A DNA stretch of 48,939 nucleotides from a virus (IMGVR_UViG_2910123500_000001:1-48939), one strand, 5' to 3'. Numbered from the stretch's first letter, positions 8,154-17,403 are shown. The notes: a model not told the origin generated them from the sequence alone. Made by a program: numbers and translations.

Positions 8154-9689
8154 ATGACCTACGACCGAAGCGCCGAGAGACTTAAAGCCACACCCATCAA
8201 CGACGGCCAATCGCCCTTTCCTGACAAGGTGAAGGCGGCGGCTGAAGACAATAAACCTGGCCCCCGCACCCCAGGGGCAAAGTACCGAGAGATGGAGCGC
8301 TTTTGGCAAAAGCTGCGCGATGTGCGCGGCGGCACCGAGGCCATGCGCGACGCGGGCAAGAGTTACTTGCCAGAGGAGCCCGACGAGGCCCCAGAAACAT
8401 ACGCCAACCGACTGGGCCGAGCCACGCTGGCCCCCATCTACGAATGGCTGGTGGGCGTGTTTGTCGGCATGATTATGCGCAAGCCAATTGCTCTGCCGAC
8501 TGAGGGCATCCCCAGCGATGTGCAGGCCCACCTGGCCAATATCGACTTGGAGGGCAGCAGCCTTGATCAGTTCGCCAGTGACCTGCTAGAGTCGGCCATC
8601 GACTACAGCTACTGCGGCGTGCTGGTGGAGTACCCCACTGCCGAAGGTATCGCAACTCGCGCCGATGAGGTGGCTGCGGCCCTGCGGCCCTACTGGGTGG
8701 CTTACCCCGGCGATCGCATTCTCGATATGCGCTGGCACCAGCAGGGCAGCCAGCACTACCTCAAGCAGCTGCGGCTGCTGCAGCACCTCTGCGAGCCCGA
8801 CGGCGACTTTGGCGAGCGCTCAGTGGAGCAGGTGATGGTCTATGACAGAACCCCTGCAGGCGTGACCTGGCGGACGTTTCGGGAGAGCAAAGAGAAGAAA
8901 TGGGTGGAGCACCAGCAGGGCACTCTCAGCCGCGCCGAAATCCCCTTTGAAGTGCTCTGGACAAATCGCAAACAGAAGATCACCAAGCCGCCGATGATTG
9001 AGGCTCTAAACCTCAACATCAGGCACTACCAGCTATCGGCTGACCTGGATTACAGCCTGCACATCGCCAGCGTCCCCCGCTGGCTGTTCTTCGGCACTAC
9101 GGCTGAGGATTTGGGCAGTGTGGGCAGCGTGAGCGAGGCCATCTGCTTCCCCAACGAAAACGCCCGCGCCGAGTGGAGCATCCCCGATATTTCAGCTTTT
9201 GAGCCAGTGCGCGATCGCATGGGTGAGGTGGAGCGCCAGGCCAAAGCAATGGGTCTAGCAGCGATGGTGGCCCAGAAGAACGTGGGTGAAAGCGCCGAGG
9301 CAAAGCGCCTGGACCGTGGCCAGGGTGACTCTCGCCTGGCAGTGCTGGCCCAAACGCTGCAGCAGGTGATCGACCGCTGCCTGGGCCACCACTACGGCTA
9401 CATGGGCCTAACCCCTGCCCAGGCTCCGGCCTGCCAGGTCAACCGCGACTTCGACACCACCACCCTCGATGCAGGGATGCTCGGTGCCCTCACCGGCGCT
9501 GCCAATGCTGGCAAGCTGAGCGACCTGACCTACCACGGCCTGCTCAAGGCGGGCGAAATCGGGCTGCCGGACGATTGGACCCCTGAGCTAGAGGCAGAGC
9601 GGCTGGAGCAGCAGCGAGCCCGCGACACGGCTCGCCCGCTGCTGGCCAATGGCCTGAAAAATCCGCTCGATTCGCTCCTAGAGGGCTAG
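8154..9689 (+). CDS. Portal protein
   Basis: 511 aa, directly after the terminase. Called on size and position only; no family motif was recognised. Confidence 0.65.
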   Translation: MTYDRSAERLKATPINDGQSPFPDKVKAAAEDNKPGPRTPGAKYREMERFWQKLRDVRGGTEAMRDAGKSYLPEEPDEAPETYANRLGRATLAPIYEWLVGVFVGMIMRKPIALPTEGIPSDVQAHLANIDLEGSSLDQFASDLLESAIDYSYCGVLVEYPTAEGIATRADEVAAALRPYWVAYPGDRILDMRWHQQGSQHYLKQLRLLQHLCEPDGDFGERSVEQVMVYDRTPAGVTWRTFRESKEKKWVEHQQGTLSRAEIPFEVLWTNRKQKITKPPMIEALNLNIRHYQLSADLDYSLHIASVPRWLFFGTTAEDLGSVGSVSEAICFPNENARAEWSIPDISAFEPVRDRMGEVERQAKAMGLAAMVAQKNVGESAEAKRLDRGQGDSRLAVLAQTLQQVIDRCLGHHYGYMGLTPAQAPACQVNRDFDTTTLDAGMLGALTGAANAGKLSDLTYHGLLKAGEIGLPDDWTPELEAERLEQQRARDTARPLLANGLKNPLDSLLEG

Positions 9690-9701
9690 GGAACACTGCG
9701 G
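9689..9701 (+). promoter_or_regulatory. Late-leader motif GGGAACACTGCGG
   Basis: The 16-nt stretch CTAGGGAACACTGCGG is identical to the copy at 17934-17949. Its last base is 38 nt upstream of the scaffold ATG. Confidence 0.6.
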
Positions 9702-9738
9702 CTGTAAGCTCTGTGAGCCCCTAGTAGGGAAGAAGCCA

Positions 9739-10488
9739 ATGCCTTTTCAGCTCAAAACCGAATTTGAAAATGTCGATGATGCGATCGCATACATCAAAAC
9801 GCAGGTAGCCCCTGAACTAACGCGACTAGCAGTTATCGAAGAGACCGATTTGCCTGCTGTCAAGCGAAACCGTGATGCCCTCAAGGCCGAAAAAGTGGCG
9901 ACTCAGGAGAAGCTCACCGCCGCCGAAACCAAGGTGAGCGAGCTGGAAGGTAAAACCGCATCCACCGCAGACAAAGACGCCGAGTTCAGTCGCATTCTGG
10001 CTGACCAGAAGGCTGAATTTGATAAGCGCCTCAAAGAGATTGAGGACCGTGAGGCGGTGAAAGAGAAGCAGGCCGCCCAGAATGCTCTGGAGCGAGATGC
10101 GATCGCAGAGCTGAGCAAGGGCCAGTATCGGGTCAATAACGCGGCTCAGGTGTTGGCACTCCACAAGGCCAAAGTGCTTGGCGTGAACGGCGACCTCAAG
10201 CGCGACGAGGCCACCGGTGAGGTATACGTTGACCTAGGCGACTATAAGCGCCAAAGCATTGAGCAGTTTGTCGAGTCGGTAGAGGCCAAAACCGAGAACC
10301 AGCACCTGTTCAAGCCTAAAGGCGGCTCGGGTAGCGAGACTCCGGCGGGCGCTGGCAGCACCGGCGGCGGCGGTGGGGCGGGCGTGAACCCCTTTAAGAA
10401 AGAGACCTGGAACATGACTGAGCAAACCCGTCTCTACCGCACCAACCGGCCCCTCTACGACCGCTACAAGGCCGAATCTGGCAAGTAA
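9739..10488 (+). CDS. Scaffolding protein (putative)
   Basis: Charged, coiled-coil-like sequence located between the portal and capsid genes. Confidence 0.5.
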   Translation: MPFQLKTEFENVDDAIAYIKTQVAPELTRLAVIEETDLPAVKRNRDALKAEKVATQEKLTAAETKVSELEGKTASTADKDAEFSRILADQKAEFDKRLKEIEDREAVKEKQAAQNALERDAIAELSKGQYRVNNAAQVLALHKAKVLGVNGDLKRDEATGEVYVDLGDYKRQSIEQFVESVEAKTENQHLFKPKGGSGSETPAGAGSTGGGGGAGVNPFKKETWNMTEQTRLYRTNRPLYDRYKAESGK

Positions 10489-10518
10489 TTTAGCTTTCCA
10501 TCCCAACAGACCATAGGC

Positions 10519-10551
10519 AGCGCCCCGACTCAAAACCGGGGCGCTTTTTTT
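10519..10551 (+). terminator. Rho-independent terminator
   Basis: 9-bp stem AGCGCCCCG / CGGGGCGCT followed by a T7 run. Confidence 0.75.
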
Positions 10552-10552
10552 C

Positions 10553-10566
10553 GGGAACGTTGAGAG
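10553..10566 (+). promoter_or_regulatory. Late-leader motif variant GGGAACGTTGAGAG
   Basis: Directly after the terminator; its last base is 79 nt upstream of the capsid ATG. Confidence 0.4.
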
Positions 10567-10644
10567 CAGCGCAGGGCAGTGCCCGCGCCATCCGAGGCAG
10601 TGCCGACGATGCACAACCCCCACTGACCTCAACACTTCAGAAAA

Positions 10645-11646
10645 ATGGCTACTACTTCTATTGCAGACATCATCGTTCCAGAGATCTGGGTGCCCTACAT
10701 GCAGGAGCGCACCACCCAGAAATCTGCCCTCTTCCAATCCGGCATCATCGAGCAGTCTGAGACCTACGACGACCTGATCACTAAAGGCGCTAACACCGCC
10801 AATATGCCTTTCTTTAAAGACCTCTCTGGCCGCTCTCAGGGCCTGAGCGAGGACATTCCCCTCAACCCCAAAAAGATCGGCACTGGCGGCGATGTGTGCG
10901 TGATTCAGCGCCGTGGTGATGCCTGGAGCAGCTCCGACCTGGCCAAGGCCCTCTCTGGCGCTGACCCCGCCGATGCGATCGCAGAACTGGTCTCGGATTA
11001 CTGGGTGCGTGACATGCAGACCACCCTGCTGTGCATTCTCAAGGGCGTGTTTGGCTCCACGGCAATGGCAGCCGAACATGTTCGCAACCTCGCCATTGAG
11101 GCCGGTGCTACGGCCACCGAGGACAACCTGATTAGCTCTGGCGGCGTGCTCGATGCCTTCAAGCTGATGGGCGACAAGCTCGACGCTTTTGCTGGGATCG
11201 CCATGCACGGCGATATCTACTGGGAGCTCGAAAAGCAGGACGTGATTGAGTTCTTGGCTCCGAGCGGGCAAAACGACCAGCCGATTCGCACCTATAAGGG
11301 AAAAATGGTGATCGTCGACGACACGATGCCCAAAGTTCCTGGCACCACCAGCGGCTTCAAGTACACCACCTACCTCTTTGGCATGGACACCATCGCTTAC
11401 GGCGAAGGCACGCCCATGGGCGAGTTTGGCGAGGACATCAGCGTCGAAACTGACCGCGACATCCTGGCCGGTAAGGGCTACCTCACCAACCGCCGCCACT
11501 TCACCATGCACCCCAAGGGAGTCAAGTGGAAGGGCATCCTCGCAGGCGCTACCCCCACCGACGCTGAGCTCGAAGCAGCTGCTAGCTGGGAGCGGGTGTT
11601 TGAGAAGAAGAATGTGCCGATCGCAGCCCTAGTCACCAACGGCTAA
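10645..11646 (+). CDS. Major capsid protein
   Basis: 333 aa following the scaffold gene. The N-terminus MATTSIADIIVPEIWVPYMQE is typical of coat proteins. Confidence 0.7.
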   Translation: MATTSIADIIVPEIWVPYMQERTTQKSALFQSGIIEQSETYDDLITKGANTANMPFFKDLSGRSQGLSEDIPLNPKKIGTGGDVCVIQRRGDAWSSSDLAKALSGADPADAIAELVSDYWVRDMQTTLLCILKGVFGSTAMAAEHVRNLAIEAGATATEDNLISSGGVLDAFKLMGDKLDAFAGIAMHGDIYWELEKQDVIEFLAPSGQNDQPIRTYKGKMVIVDDTMPKVPGTTSGFKYTTYLFGMDTIAYGEGTPMGEFGEDISVETDRDILAGKGYLTNRRHFTMHPKGVKWKGILAGATPTDAELEAAASWERVFEKKNVPIAALVTNG

Positions 11647-11676
11647 GGCCAAAGCCACCCTATTGAGGCAAAACCC

Positions 11677-12051
11677 ATGGGACTAACAGGCTTTGAGCTG
11701 GCCCGACGGCTGGCACAGGCAAATGTCGATTACGAGGCGGCCCAAAACCTGATCCGCCAAGTCAGCGCTGCACCTGAGTTGCAGCCACCAAAGGCAGACA
11801 AGCCTGCGGTGGTCATCCCCCACGCCCTGGCGCTGATCAATTCCACCGATTCCGCTGCAGCGGAAAAACTTGTGCCACTACCAGGCATTGGCCCAGCTGC
11901 AGCTCGCAAACTGCTGGAACGGCGGCCAGAGGGAGGTTACGCCTCCCTGGAGCAGGCGGCTGAGCTGAACCCAGAACTGGCCGAACGGCCTTTCAACGTG
12001 AAATGGGATGCGATCGCATCCTGGCAACCCAAAGGAATGCACGATGGCTGA
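11677..12051 (+). CDS. Helix-hairpin-helix (ComEA-like) DNA-binding protein
   Basis: LVPLPGIGPAAARKLLERRPEGGYASLEQ is an HhH motif. Confidence 0.5.
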   Translation: MGLTGFELARRLAQANVDYEAAQNLIRQVSAAPELQPPKADKPAVVIPHALALINSTDSAAAEKLVPLPGIGPAAARKLLERRPEGGYASLEQAAELNPELAERPFNVKWDAIASWQPKGMHDG

Positions 12052-12766
12052 CTTCAACTCATTCTCTAAATCAGCGACCAGAACGACCACGGCCGCCAAC
12101 AGAACCAAAGCTACTGCTAGGCCCAAAGCTAAAGCTGCTGCCAAAACCAAAGCGGCCAAAGCCAAAGCTGCGGAGAAGGCCAAGGCCGCCAAAGCTAAAG
12201 CTGCTGCCAAAACCAAGGCCGCCAAAGCCAAAGCTGCGGAGAAGGCCAAGGCAACCAAAGCTAAAGCTGCTGCCAAAACCAAAGCGGCCAAGGCTAAAGC
12301 TGCTGCCAAAGCCAAAGCAACCAAAGCCAAAGCTGCTGCCAAAACCAAGGCCGCCAAAGCTAAAGCTACGGCCAAAGCCAAAGCTGCCGCCAAAACCAAG
12401 GCCGCCAAAGCTAAAGCTACGGCTAAAGCCAAAGCTGCCAAAGCCAAAGCTACGGCCAAAGCCAAAGCTGCCAAGCCCAAGGCTACTAAGCCCAAGGCCA
12501 CTAAGGCTAAAGCTACTAAGCCCAAGGCCACTAAGGCTAAAGCTACTAAGCCCAAGGCCACTAAGGCTAAGGCCACTAAGGCTAAGGCAACTAAAGCCAC
12601 CAAGCCCAAGGCCACTAAGACCAAGGCTACTAAATCTAAGGCAACGGCTGGCAAGGTCAAGGGTGCTAAGCGGGTCATGACTGCTGGCAAAAAAGGTGGC
12701 AAGGGCGGCGGCGGTGGCGGCGGTGGTCGCACCTATAACCGCGATAGCAAGGGGAGATTCGCCTAA
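12044..12766 (+). CDS. Histone-H1/AlgP-like Lys/Ala-repeat protein
   Basis: About 190 aa of KAKAAAKTKAAKAKAAEKAKAA and KPKATKAKAT repeats, then a G8 run and RTYNRDSKGRFA. ATG at 12044 with an AAAGGAA Shine-Dalgarno sequence. Confidence 0.6.
   Translation: MADFNSFSKSATRTTTAANRTKATARPKAKAAAKTKAAKAKAAEKAKAAKAKAAAKTKAAKAKAAEKAKATKAKAAAKTKAAKAKAAAKAKATKAKAAAKTKAAKAKATAKAKAAAKTKAAKAKATAKAKAAKAKATAKAKAAKPKATKPKATKAKATKPKATKAKATKPKATKAKATKAKATKATKPKATKTKATKSKATAGKVKGAKRVMTAGKKGGKGGGGGGGGRTYNRDSKGRFA
12110..12640. repeat. Coding tandem repeats (about 66-bp then 30-bp units; boundaries approximate)
   Basis: The period is visible in both DNA and protein. The repeats create spurious long ORFs in other frames and on the opposite strand. 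Confidence 0.7.
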
Positions 12767-13146
12767 TGCCTTGGACACCAACCACCAAGGCCCGTATCAT
12801 GGCAGCCCTCCGGCTGCCCCAGGCGGCTCCCCGCTGGTGGGAGCTGGTTGAGGATGCCATGACGCGGGTTGAAATGCTCAGCGGGGGCAGCTCCATCGGC
12901 TATGTCGAGGGGCTGCTCACCTCCATTGAGGCGGCTAAGACTGCGATCGCATCTGGGGCGGGGGATTCAGCCCTGGTTCGGGCGGATGTGCTGGAGTGGC
13001 AGCCCGGCCAGCGCAACGCCGGGTTTTCTCAGGAGTTGGCGGGCAAGAAGGAAGACCTGATCTGCGCGCTCTTCACCGAGCCTGAGCAGGTGCAGATCCG
13101 CCGCATTGCCAGCGGCAGCGGCAACAGAGTGAGGATTCGCAGGTAA
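12766..13146 (+). CDS. Hypothetical head-module protein
   Basis: Start codon overlaps the preceding stop (TAATG) within the late operon. Confidence 0.4.
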   Translation: MPWTPTTKARIMAALRLPQAAPRWWELVEDAMTRVEMLSGGSSIGYVEGLLTSIEAAKTAIASGAGDSALVRADVLEWQPGQRNAGFSQELAGKKEDLICALFTEPEQVQIRRIASGSGNRVRIRR

Positions 13147-13622
13147 TGGATAAATCAGAAGTTAAGGCCATTGTCCACGAGCACATAAATCGGCTCATGA
13201 ACGAGCTGGGTCCAGTGCGCAGCTGGAACGTGACGGTCAAATATGACCGCCTGTCCAGTGATGCCCACACCACGATCAACGCTGAGATCGGCTTTGACTA
13301 TGCCTATGAGCAGGCGGTCATCACGATAGACCCCGATTCGCAGGATGACGCTAACCACGTTTTGCGCAACCTACGGCATGAGCTGATACATCTGCTGCTA
13401 GCCCCCATAGAGGCTTACAGGGGCGTTGTTCGCTCAATGCTGGATGAACAGCAGGAGGAGGTTGAGGCTGCGGCTGAGCGTGTCGCCATTGAGCGCTGCG
13501 TGATGAACGTTGAGCGGGTTCTCGACTGGGGCCTGAAGATTCCCCTGATGCCTGAAGAGGCCGCACCTGAGCAGCCCCAGGCAGCCGAGCTTAAGACCCC
13601 CCGAAAGCGATCGCAAAGCTGA
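13146..13622 (+). CDS. Hypothetical protein with an HExxH motif
   Basis: LRHELIHLLL is a possible metallopeptidase motif, but it has no other support. Confidence 0.35.
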   Translation: MDKSEVKAIVHEHINRLMNELGPVRSWNVTVKYDRLSSDAHTTINAEIGFDYAYEQAVITIDPDSQDDANHVLRNLRHELIHLLLAPIEAYRGVVRSMLDEQQEEVEAAAERVAIERCVMNVERVLDWGLKIPLMPEEAAPEQPQAAELKTPRKRSQS

Positions 13623-13627
13623 GAACC

Positions 13628-13828
13628 ATGCCTCAACCTGCCCTCCGGCAAGCCCTTATCACCTTCGCTGCCACCACTACAGAGGGGATGACAACCATGG
13701 GTTGGCTCGATGAAGCCCACGAACCAGGGCGTATCGTGATTTGGGCTGATGAGCAGCGCACCGCAGGGCTCTCAATCCCAAAAGAGGCAGCAACCTGCAT
13801 CACCTACTGCGATCGCAACCCTGAGTAA
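13628..13828 (+). CDS. Small hypothetical protein
   Basis: 66-aa ORF that fills the gap in the late operon. Confidence 0.3.
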   Translation: MPQPALRQALITFAATTTEGMTTMGWLDEAHEPGRIVIWADEQRTAGLSIPKEAATCITYCDRNPE

Positions 13829-13834
13829 CCCCTA

Positions 13835-15478
13835 ATGCCTGACTACCGCAAGCTCGAAAACCTGGTAGAGCGCTATTCCAACGCCGTTGCCGGGCTCGAC
13901 GCTGATGTGGTGGAACGGCTATCGGACGCGCTCGATGCGAGCTACCGCAACCTGGAGCGGGAGCTGCGCAAGATTTACCCAGAGTGGGAGAGCATGGGCA
14001 GCCTCTATGCTGCTCAGCGTCGCCTACTGCTGATGGATCAACTAAAGCCGGTGCTAGCCATGGTGCGGCCCGACCAAGAAGCTGAGTACGAGGCACTTTT
14101 CACCGAGGCCATACGGCTAAGCCACACCAGTGGGGGCACCCTGGCCGATGAGCTGGTGCGCATTGTTGATCCCGGCTACCCGCTGCAAGAGTTTTCGACT
14201 ATCCCGATTGAGGCTGCGGCATTGCAGGCCCGAGATGGCCTGCAGCGGCTGCGGCGACACGATGAGAAATTTCGTAGCAAGGCCAGTGCGATCGTTGAGC
14301 AGGGGCTCTTGCAGGGGTGGGGTGCGGCCAAGGTAGCCCAGCAGCTGGCCAGCGAGCTGGGGGCGCTTAAGAGCAAAGCGGAGACCATTGCTCGCACCGA
14401 GACGATGTCGGCTTTTAACGATGCGGCTCAGCAGCGGTACGAGAAGAACGGCATTGAGGGCGTGCAGTGGCTGATTACGCCCAATGAGAACTTGTGCAGT
14501 ATCTGCGTCGCCCGCAACGGTAACGTGTACCCCGTGGGCAAGGTGCGGCTGCCGGCCCACCCCCGATGCCTCTGCATCTGGCTCCCCTGGTCCAAGGACT
14601 GGCAGGAGATGGGCCTCATTGATGAGGCGTTCATGCGAGATTACCACAGGGACAACTTGACCAAGGCCAAGGGAAAGGGCATTGAGCCCGACAACGGCCC
14701 TACCTACTGGGAGCGTAAGGCCGGGCAGCAGAAAGCCCCCAAACCCCTATGGAAACCGGCCAACAAGGCTGGCGATGCCAAGGCTGAAGCGGTTGCTCCT
14801 AAGCCTAAGCCTAAGCAGGGCAGCGCTGGAGAGGATAAGGGGCCGGTAGTGGTGCGCCCTGCCAGGCCAAAAGGCCCGGAGCCAGCAGTGCCACAGCAGC
14901 CCTACCAGACCCCAGCGGCAACGCGCCGGTGGGAAGACGGCAAACGCCTTCAGCCATTTGAATCAGCAGCCATCTTTGACAGCAACGGCAGCCTCATTTT
15001 TGAGAAGGACGGTGGCAGCTTTAATGTTGAGTTCAGCGATGCTGAGCTGCGACGGCTGCGAGGGCAGATCCTTACTCACAACCATCCGCCCGACCTGTTG
15101 CCGGAGGCAGAACTCAAAAACCACGGCTACAGTTTTAGCCAGGCTGATATTCTGTTTGCGATCGCAAACGATTTACAGGAAATGCGGGTTGTGTCCCCTG
15201 GCTACCGCTTCAGCCTGCTGCGGCCTGAGGGTGGATGGCCAGAGTGGACTGGCAGGAGTGAGGCTGAGCTAGGAAAGAGCTACCAGAAGATTTTGAACGG
15301 CGAGATAGGGCGGCTACTCAAAGAGATGGACGAGGCCCTAGGGAAAGACCCAGACCTAGCCAAAGCTCTGGATCGCCAGTTCAATACCAATGCCACTCAC
15401 GAAGCAGCTCGCCGCTTCGCTGAGCAGGAGGGACTAATCTACAAGCGGGAGCGCTGGAAGGAGCAGAAAGGTGACTGA
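13835..15478 (+). CDS. MuF/SPP1 gp7-type minor head protein fused to a JAB/RadC-like C-terminal domain
   Basis: MuF core: [13 protein letters not shown]...[15 protein letters not shown]...[10 protein letters not shown]-terminus: [14 protein letters not shown]...ILTHNHP...SFSQAD, a JAMM-like E..HxH..SxxD pattern. Confidence 0.75.
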   Translation: MPDYRKLENLVERYSNAVAGLDADVVERLSDALDASYRNLERELRKIYPEWESMGSLYAAQRRLLLMDQLKPVLAMVRPDQEAEYEALFTEAIRLSHTSGGTLADELVRIVDPGYPLQEFSTIPIEAAALQARDGLQRLRRHDEKFRSKASAIVEQGLLQGWGAAKVAQQLASELGALKSKAETIARTETMSAFNDAAQQRYEKNGIEGVQWLITPNENLCSICVARNGNVYPVGKVRLPAHPRCLCIWLPWSKDWQEMGLIDEAFMRDYHRDNLTKAKGKGIEPDNGPTYWERKAGQQKAPKPLWKPANKAGDAKAEAVAPKPKPKQGSAGEDKGPVVVRPARPKGPEPAVPQQPYQTPAATRRWEDGKRLQPFESAAIFDSNGSLIFEKDGGSFNVEFSDAELRRLRGQILTHNHPPDLLPEAELKNHGYSFSQADILFAIANDLQEMRVVSPGYRFSLLRPEGGWPEWTGRSEAELGKSYQKILNGEIGRLLKEMDEALGKDPDLAKALDRQFNTNATHEAARRFAEQEGLIYKRERWKEQKGD

Positions 15479-15683
15479 CGGCCCTAAGGTGAACAAACTA
15501 GATGACGCGCCGCTCTACCAGATGCCAGGACGTGTTTGCCGCAGCTGCAAGCACGTCACCAGCCTGAGAGACCGCACCTGCATCGCATTCTCTCGGGGTA
15601 TCCCTGACGAGATCTGGGGTGGGGACAACGATCACCGCCAGTCCTACCCCGGCGACAAAGGTATCCAGTTTGAAGCGAGGTAG
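15471..15683 (+). CDS. Small Cys-containing protein overlapping the MuF stop codon
   Basis: 70 aa with CRSCKH...C. GTG start, apparently translationally coupled to the MuF gene. Confidence 0.35.
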   Translation: MTDGPKVNKLDDAPLYQMPGRVCRSCKHVTSLRDRTCIAFSRGIPDEIWGGDNDHRQSYPGDKGIQFEAR

Positions 15684-15968
15684 CTAGGCAACAAATTGGC
15701 CGCAGGGAGATACCCCCCGATCACCGCCTTGACTAGCTGCCGAGAGACGCAACTAGTCAACCGTCACAAACACTGGCACAATCGCTGATCCTGCAAGAGG
15801 TTGAGGCTGTTTTTGCAGGACTGATAATACAAATCGTATTACACGAGATTTCAACGTTTTAGGTGTGTGACAGTTGGGTTCAAAAGTCCAAAATTAGTCC
15901 AACCTGCTTTGTAGTACGTTTTGCGATCACAAGGGTGGGGGGTGCGATCGCCCCTCGATCCTAGCAGT

Positions 15969-15981
15969 GGGCACTCTGAGG
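15969..15981 (+). promoter_or_regulatory. Late-leader motif GGGCACTCTGAGG
   Basis: Located at the end of the 306-bp head-tail gap, with a 7-nt gap before the ATG at 15989. Confidence 0.55.
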
Positions 15982-15988
15982 GAGTCCG

Positions 15989-16453
15989 ATGCACCGGAAA
16001 AGTTTTATGCCGACTCCGCCAATCCTTCAGCTCCACCAAGCCCTAGAAGCCGTCGCGCCCATTGATGGCGTGGCGGATCTGGGAGACGGCACCTATCGCA
16101 TTGACTTCAGCGATTCAGCCACTTCAGAGCAGCAAGCTGCTGCAGAGGAACTGGCCAAGATCTGGCAGCCTGAGCCTGAGCAGGAGTGGGCCAAATTCAC
16201 CGACGCCCTGGCTCAGGTGACAGGCTTCTACGCTGCGGTGGCCCAGTCCCCTATGTGCTCATTCATCACAGCTCGCATGGTGCGACTGGCCAGCAGAGAG
16301 GCCTTTCAGGACGCAGCTGACCCGCTGCTGCAGATCTGGAATGCAGCCCCGCCGAACCTGACTGCCGAGCAGCGGGCTGCGGTGCAAGCCCTAGCCGATG
16401 CTCACCACCTCCCCCTAGCCTTCCGTGCCAGCAATCAGATTGAGGTGCAGTAA
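15989..16453 (+). CDS. Hypothetical head-tail joining module protein
   Basis: First ORF of the tail operon. An alternative ATG lies at 16007. Confidence 0.4.
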   Translation: MHRKSFMPTPPILQLHQALEAVAPIDGVADLGDGTYRIDFSDSATSEQQAAAEELAKIWQPEPEQEWAKFTDALAQVTGFYAAVAQSPMCSFITARMVRLASREAFQDAADPLLQIWNAAPPNLTAEQRAAVQALADAHHLPLAFRASNQIEVQ

Positions 16454-16929
16454 TGGCGTCCCCTCTGGCTAGATACGCAAATCTGAGCCTGCTCTTTCAG
16501 GTGCCCACCGGCGAGCCGATCGAGAATGCTGACGGGGATGTTGCGATCGCAACGGTGCCCCTGCCGGTGGTGGCCTACGTCAAGCAGCAGTCGAGGAGCA
16601 ACACGCCCCGCCAGGATGGGGAGCTGTGCCAAACCAATCTCAGTGGGTTCTACCTGGCCCCTCAAATCATCCCGGCTGAGGTTGAGGGTGAGTCGGTGGC
16701 TGAGGCTATCGAGTGGGATTTAGAAGGCGGGTTCATCCTGCCTGCTGATGGCTGGGCCACGCTCGCGGAGTATGAGACCTTCATCACGGCCAACACGACC
16801 CGCATCCGGCGGCGCAGCGAGTTTGTGTATGCTCCCAACCTGCTCAACCAATTCGGCGTAGACCGGCTGCTGGGGCAGAAGCTGGAGGGTTTCCTGATCC
16901 AGCGTTCCGACTGGGTCAACAAGGTTTAG
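16453..16929 (+). CDS. Hypothetical head-tail joining module protein
   Basis: Start codon overlaps the preceding stop codon. Confidence 0.4.
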   Translation: MASPLARYANLSLLFQVPTGEPIENADGDVAIATVPLPVVAYVKQQSRSNTPRQDGELCQTNLSGFYLAPQIIPAEVEGESVAEAIEWDLEGGFILPADGWATLAEYETFITANTTRIRRRSEFVYAPNLLNQFGVDRLLGQKLEGFLIQRSDWVNKV

Positions 16930-16931
16930 TT

Positions 16932-17345
16932 GTGATTCGGGTCAAAGTTAAGTCGGCCAGTGCGCTCAAGAAGCTGGCGACTCTGGCTGAAAAGGCCAAG
17001 CACATGGATCGGCCCCTGCGGCAGGGTGCGCTTTACAAAGAGCGCTCTACCAAAGAGCAATTTGCTAGTGAAACCGACCCAGATGGGGCCGCCTGGGCAC
17101 CGCTGGCTCGCAGCACCCTCAGACGGAAGAAAACCAGCTCGATCCTACGCGAAACCGGCTCGACAGCGGTTTCTGTCGCGATGGTCGGCCCTTCTGGGCT
17201 GGTGGTGCGCGTTGTGGTGGGGACGGGCTATGCAATCTACCACCAGACGGGTACGACGAAGATGCCTCAGCGCAAAATTCTGGGCTGGGCGGACAAAGAC
17301 CGAGAAAAAATTGCCAAAATTTTTGAGCGCTACTTTAGCGTCTAA
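16932..17345 (+). CDS. Virion morphogenesis / tail completion protein (P2 gpS / Mu gpG-like)
   Basis: DPDGAAWAPLARSTLRRKK...YAIYHQTGTTKMPQRKILG pattern. Confidence 0.6.
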   Translation: MIRVKVKSASALKKLATLAEKAKHMDRPLRQGALYKERSTKEQFASETDPDGAAWAPLARSTLRRKKTSSILRETGSTAVSVAMVGPSGLVVRVVVGTGYAIYHQTGTTKMPQRKILGWADKDREKIAKIFERYFSV

Positions 17346-17365
17346 CGGCCTGCTCGATCCGCACA

Positions 17366-17378
17366 GGGAATACTGCGA
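17366..17378 (+). promoter_or_regulatory. Late-leader motif variant GGGAATACTGCGA
   Basis: A 25-nt gap separates its end from the ATG at 17404. Confidence 0.4.
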
Positions 17379-17403
17379 TCGCAACCCTCTGAGCAAAAAC
17401 CTC

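Noticed and set aside
10234-11511. 425-aa minus-strand ORF antisense to the scaffold and capsid genes. Similar long antisense ORFs occur at 18222-19130, 22271-22981, 21060-21581 and 8109-8531.
   Set aside because: These are antisense to well-supported structural genes in GC-rich DNA. The translations are Arg/Ala/Gly-rich and low complexity, without motifs or a credible start context.
11878-12781. Three alternative long ORFs across the Lys/Ala repeat (11878-12732 minus, 12071-12781 minus, 12003-12680 plus).
   Set aside because: These are frame and strand artefacts of the tandem repeat, giving poly-Leu/Ala, poly-Ser/Gly/Phe and poly-Pro/Lys/Leu translations. Only the 12044 frame has a Shine-Dalgarno sequence, an ATG and operon continuity.
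13146-13622. Prohead protease call based on HELIH.
   Set aside because: A single HExxH in a 158-aa protein, with no other metalloprotease features and in the wrong position for a prohead protease. It is kept as hypothetical.
16960-17403. N-terminal 148 aa of the 325-aa ORF 16960-17937.
   Set aside because: It overlaps the well-supported virion morphogenesis gene (16932-17345) in another frame and is Arg/Trp/Ser-rich. The gene most likely starts at 17404.
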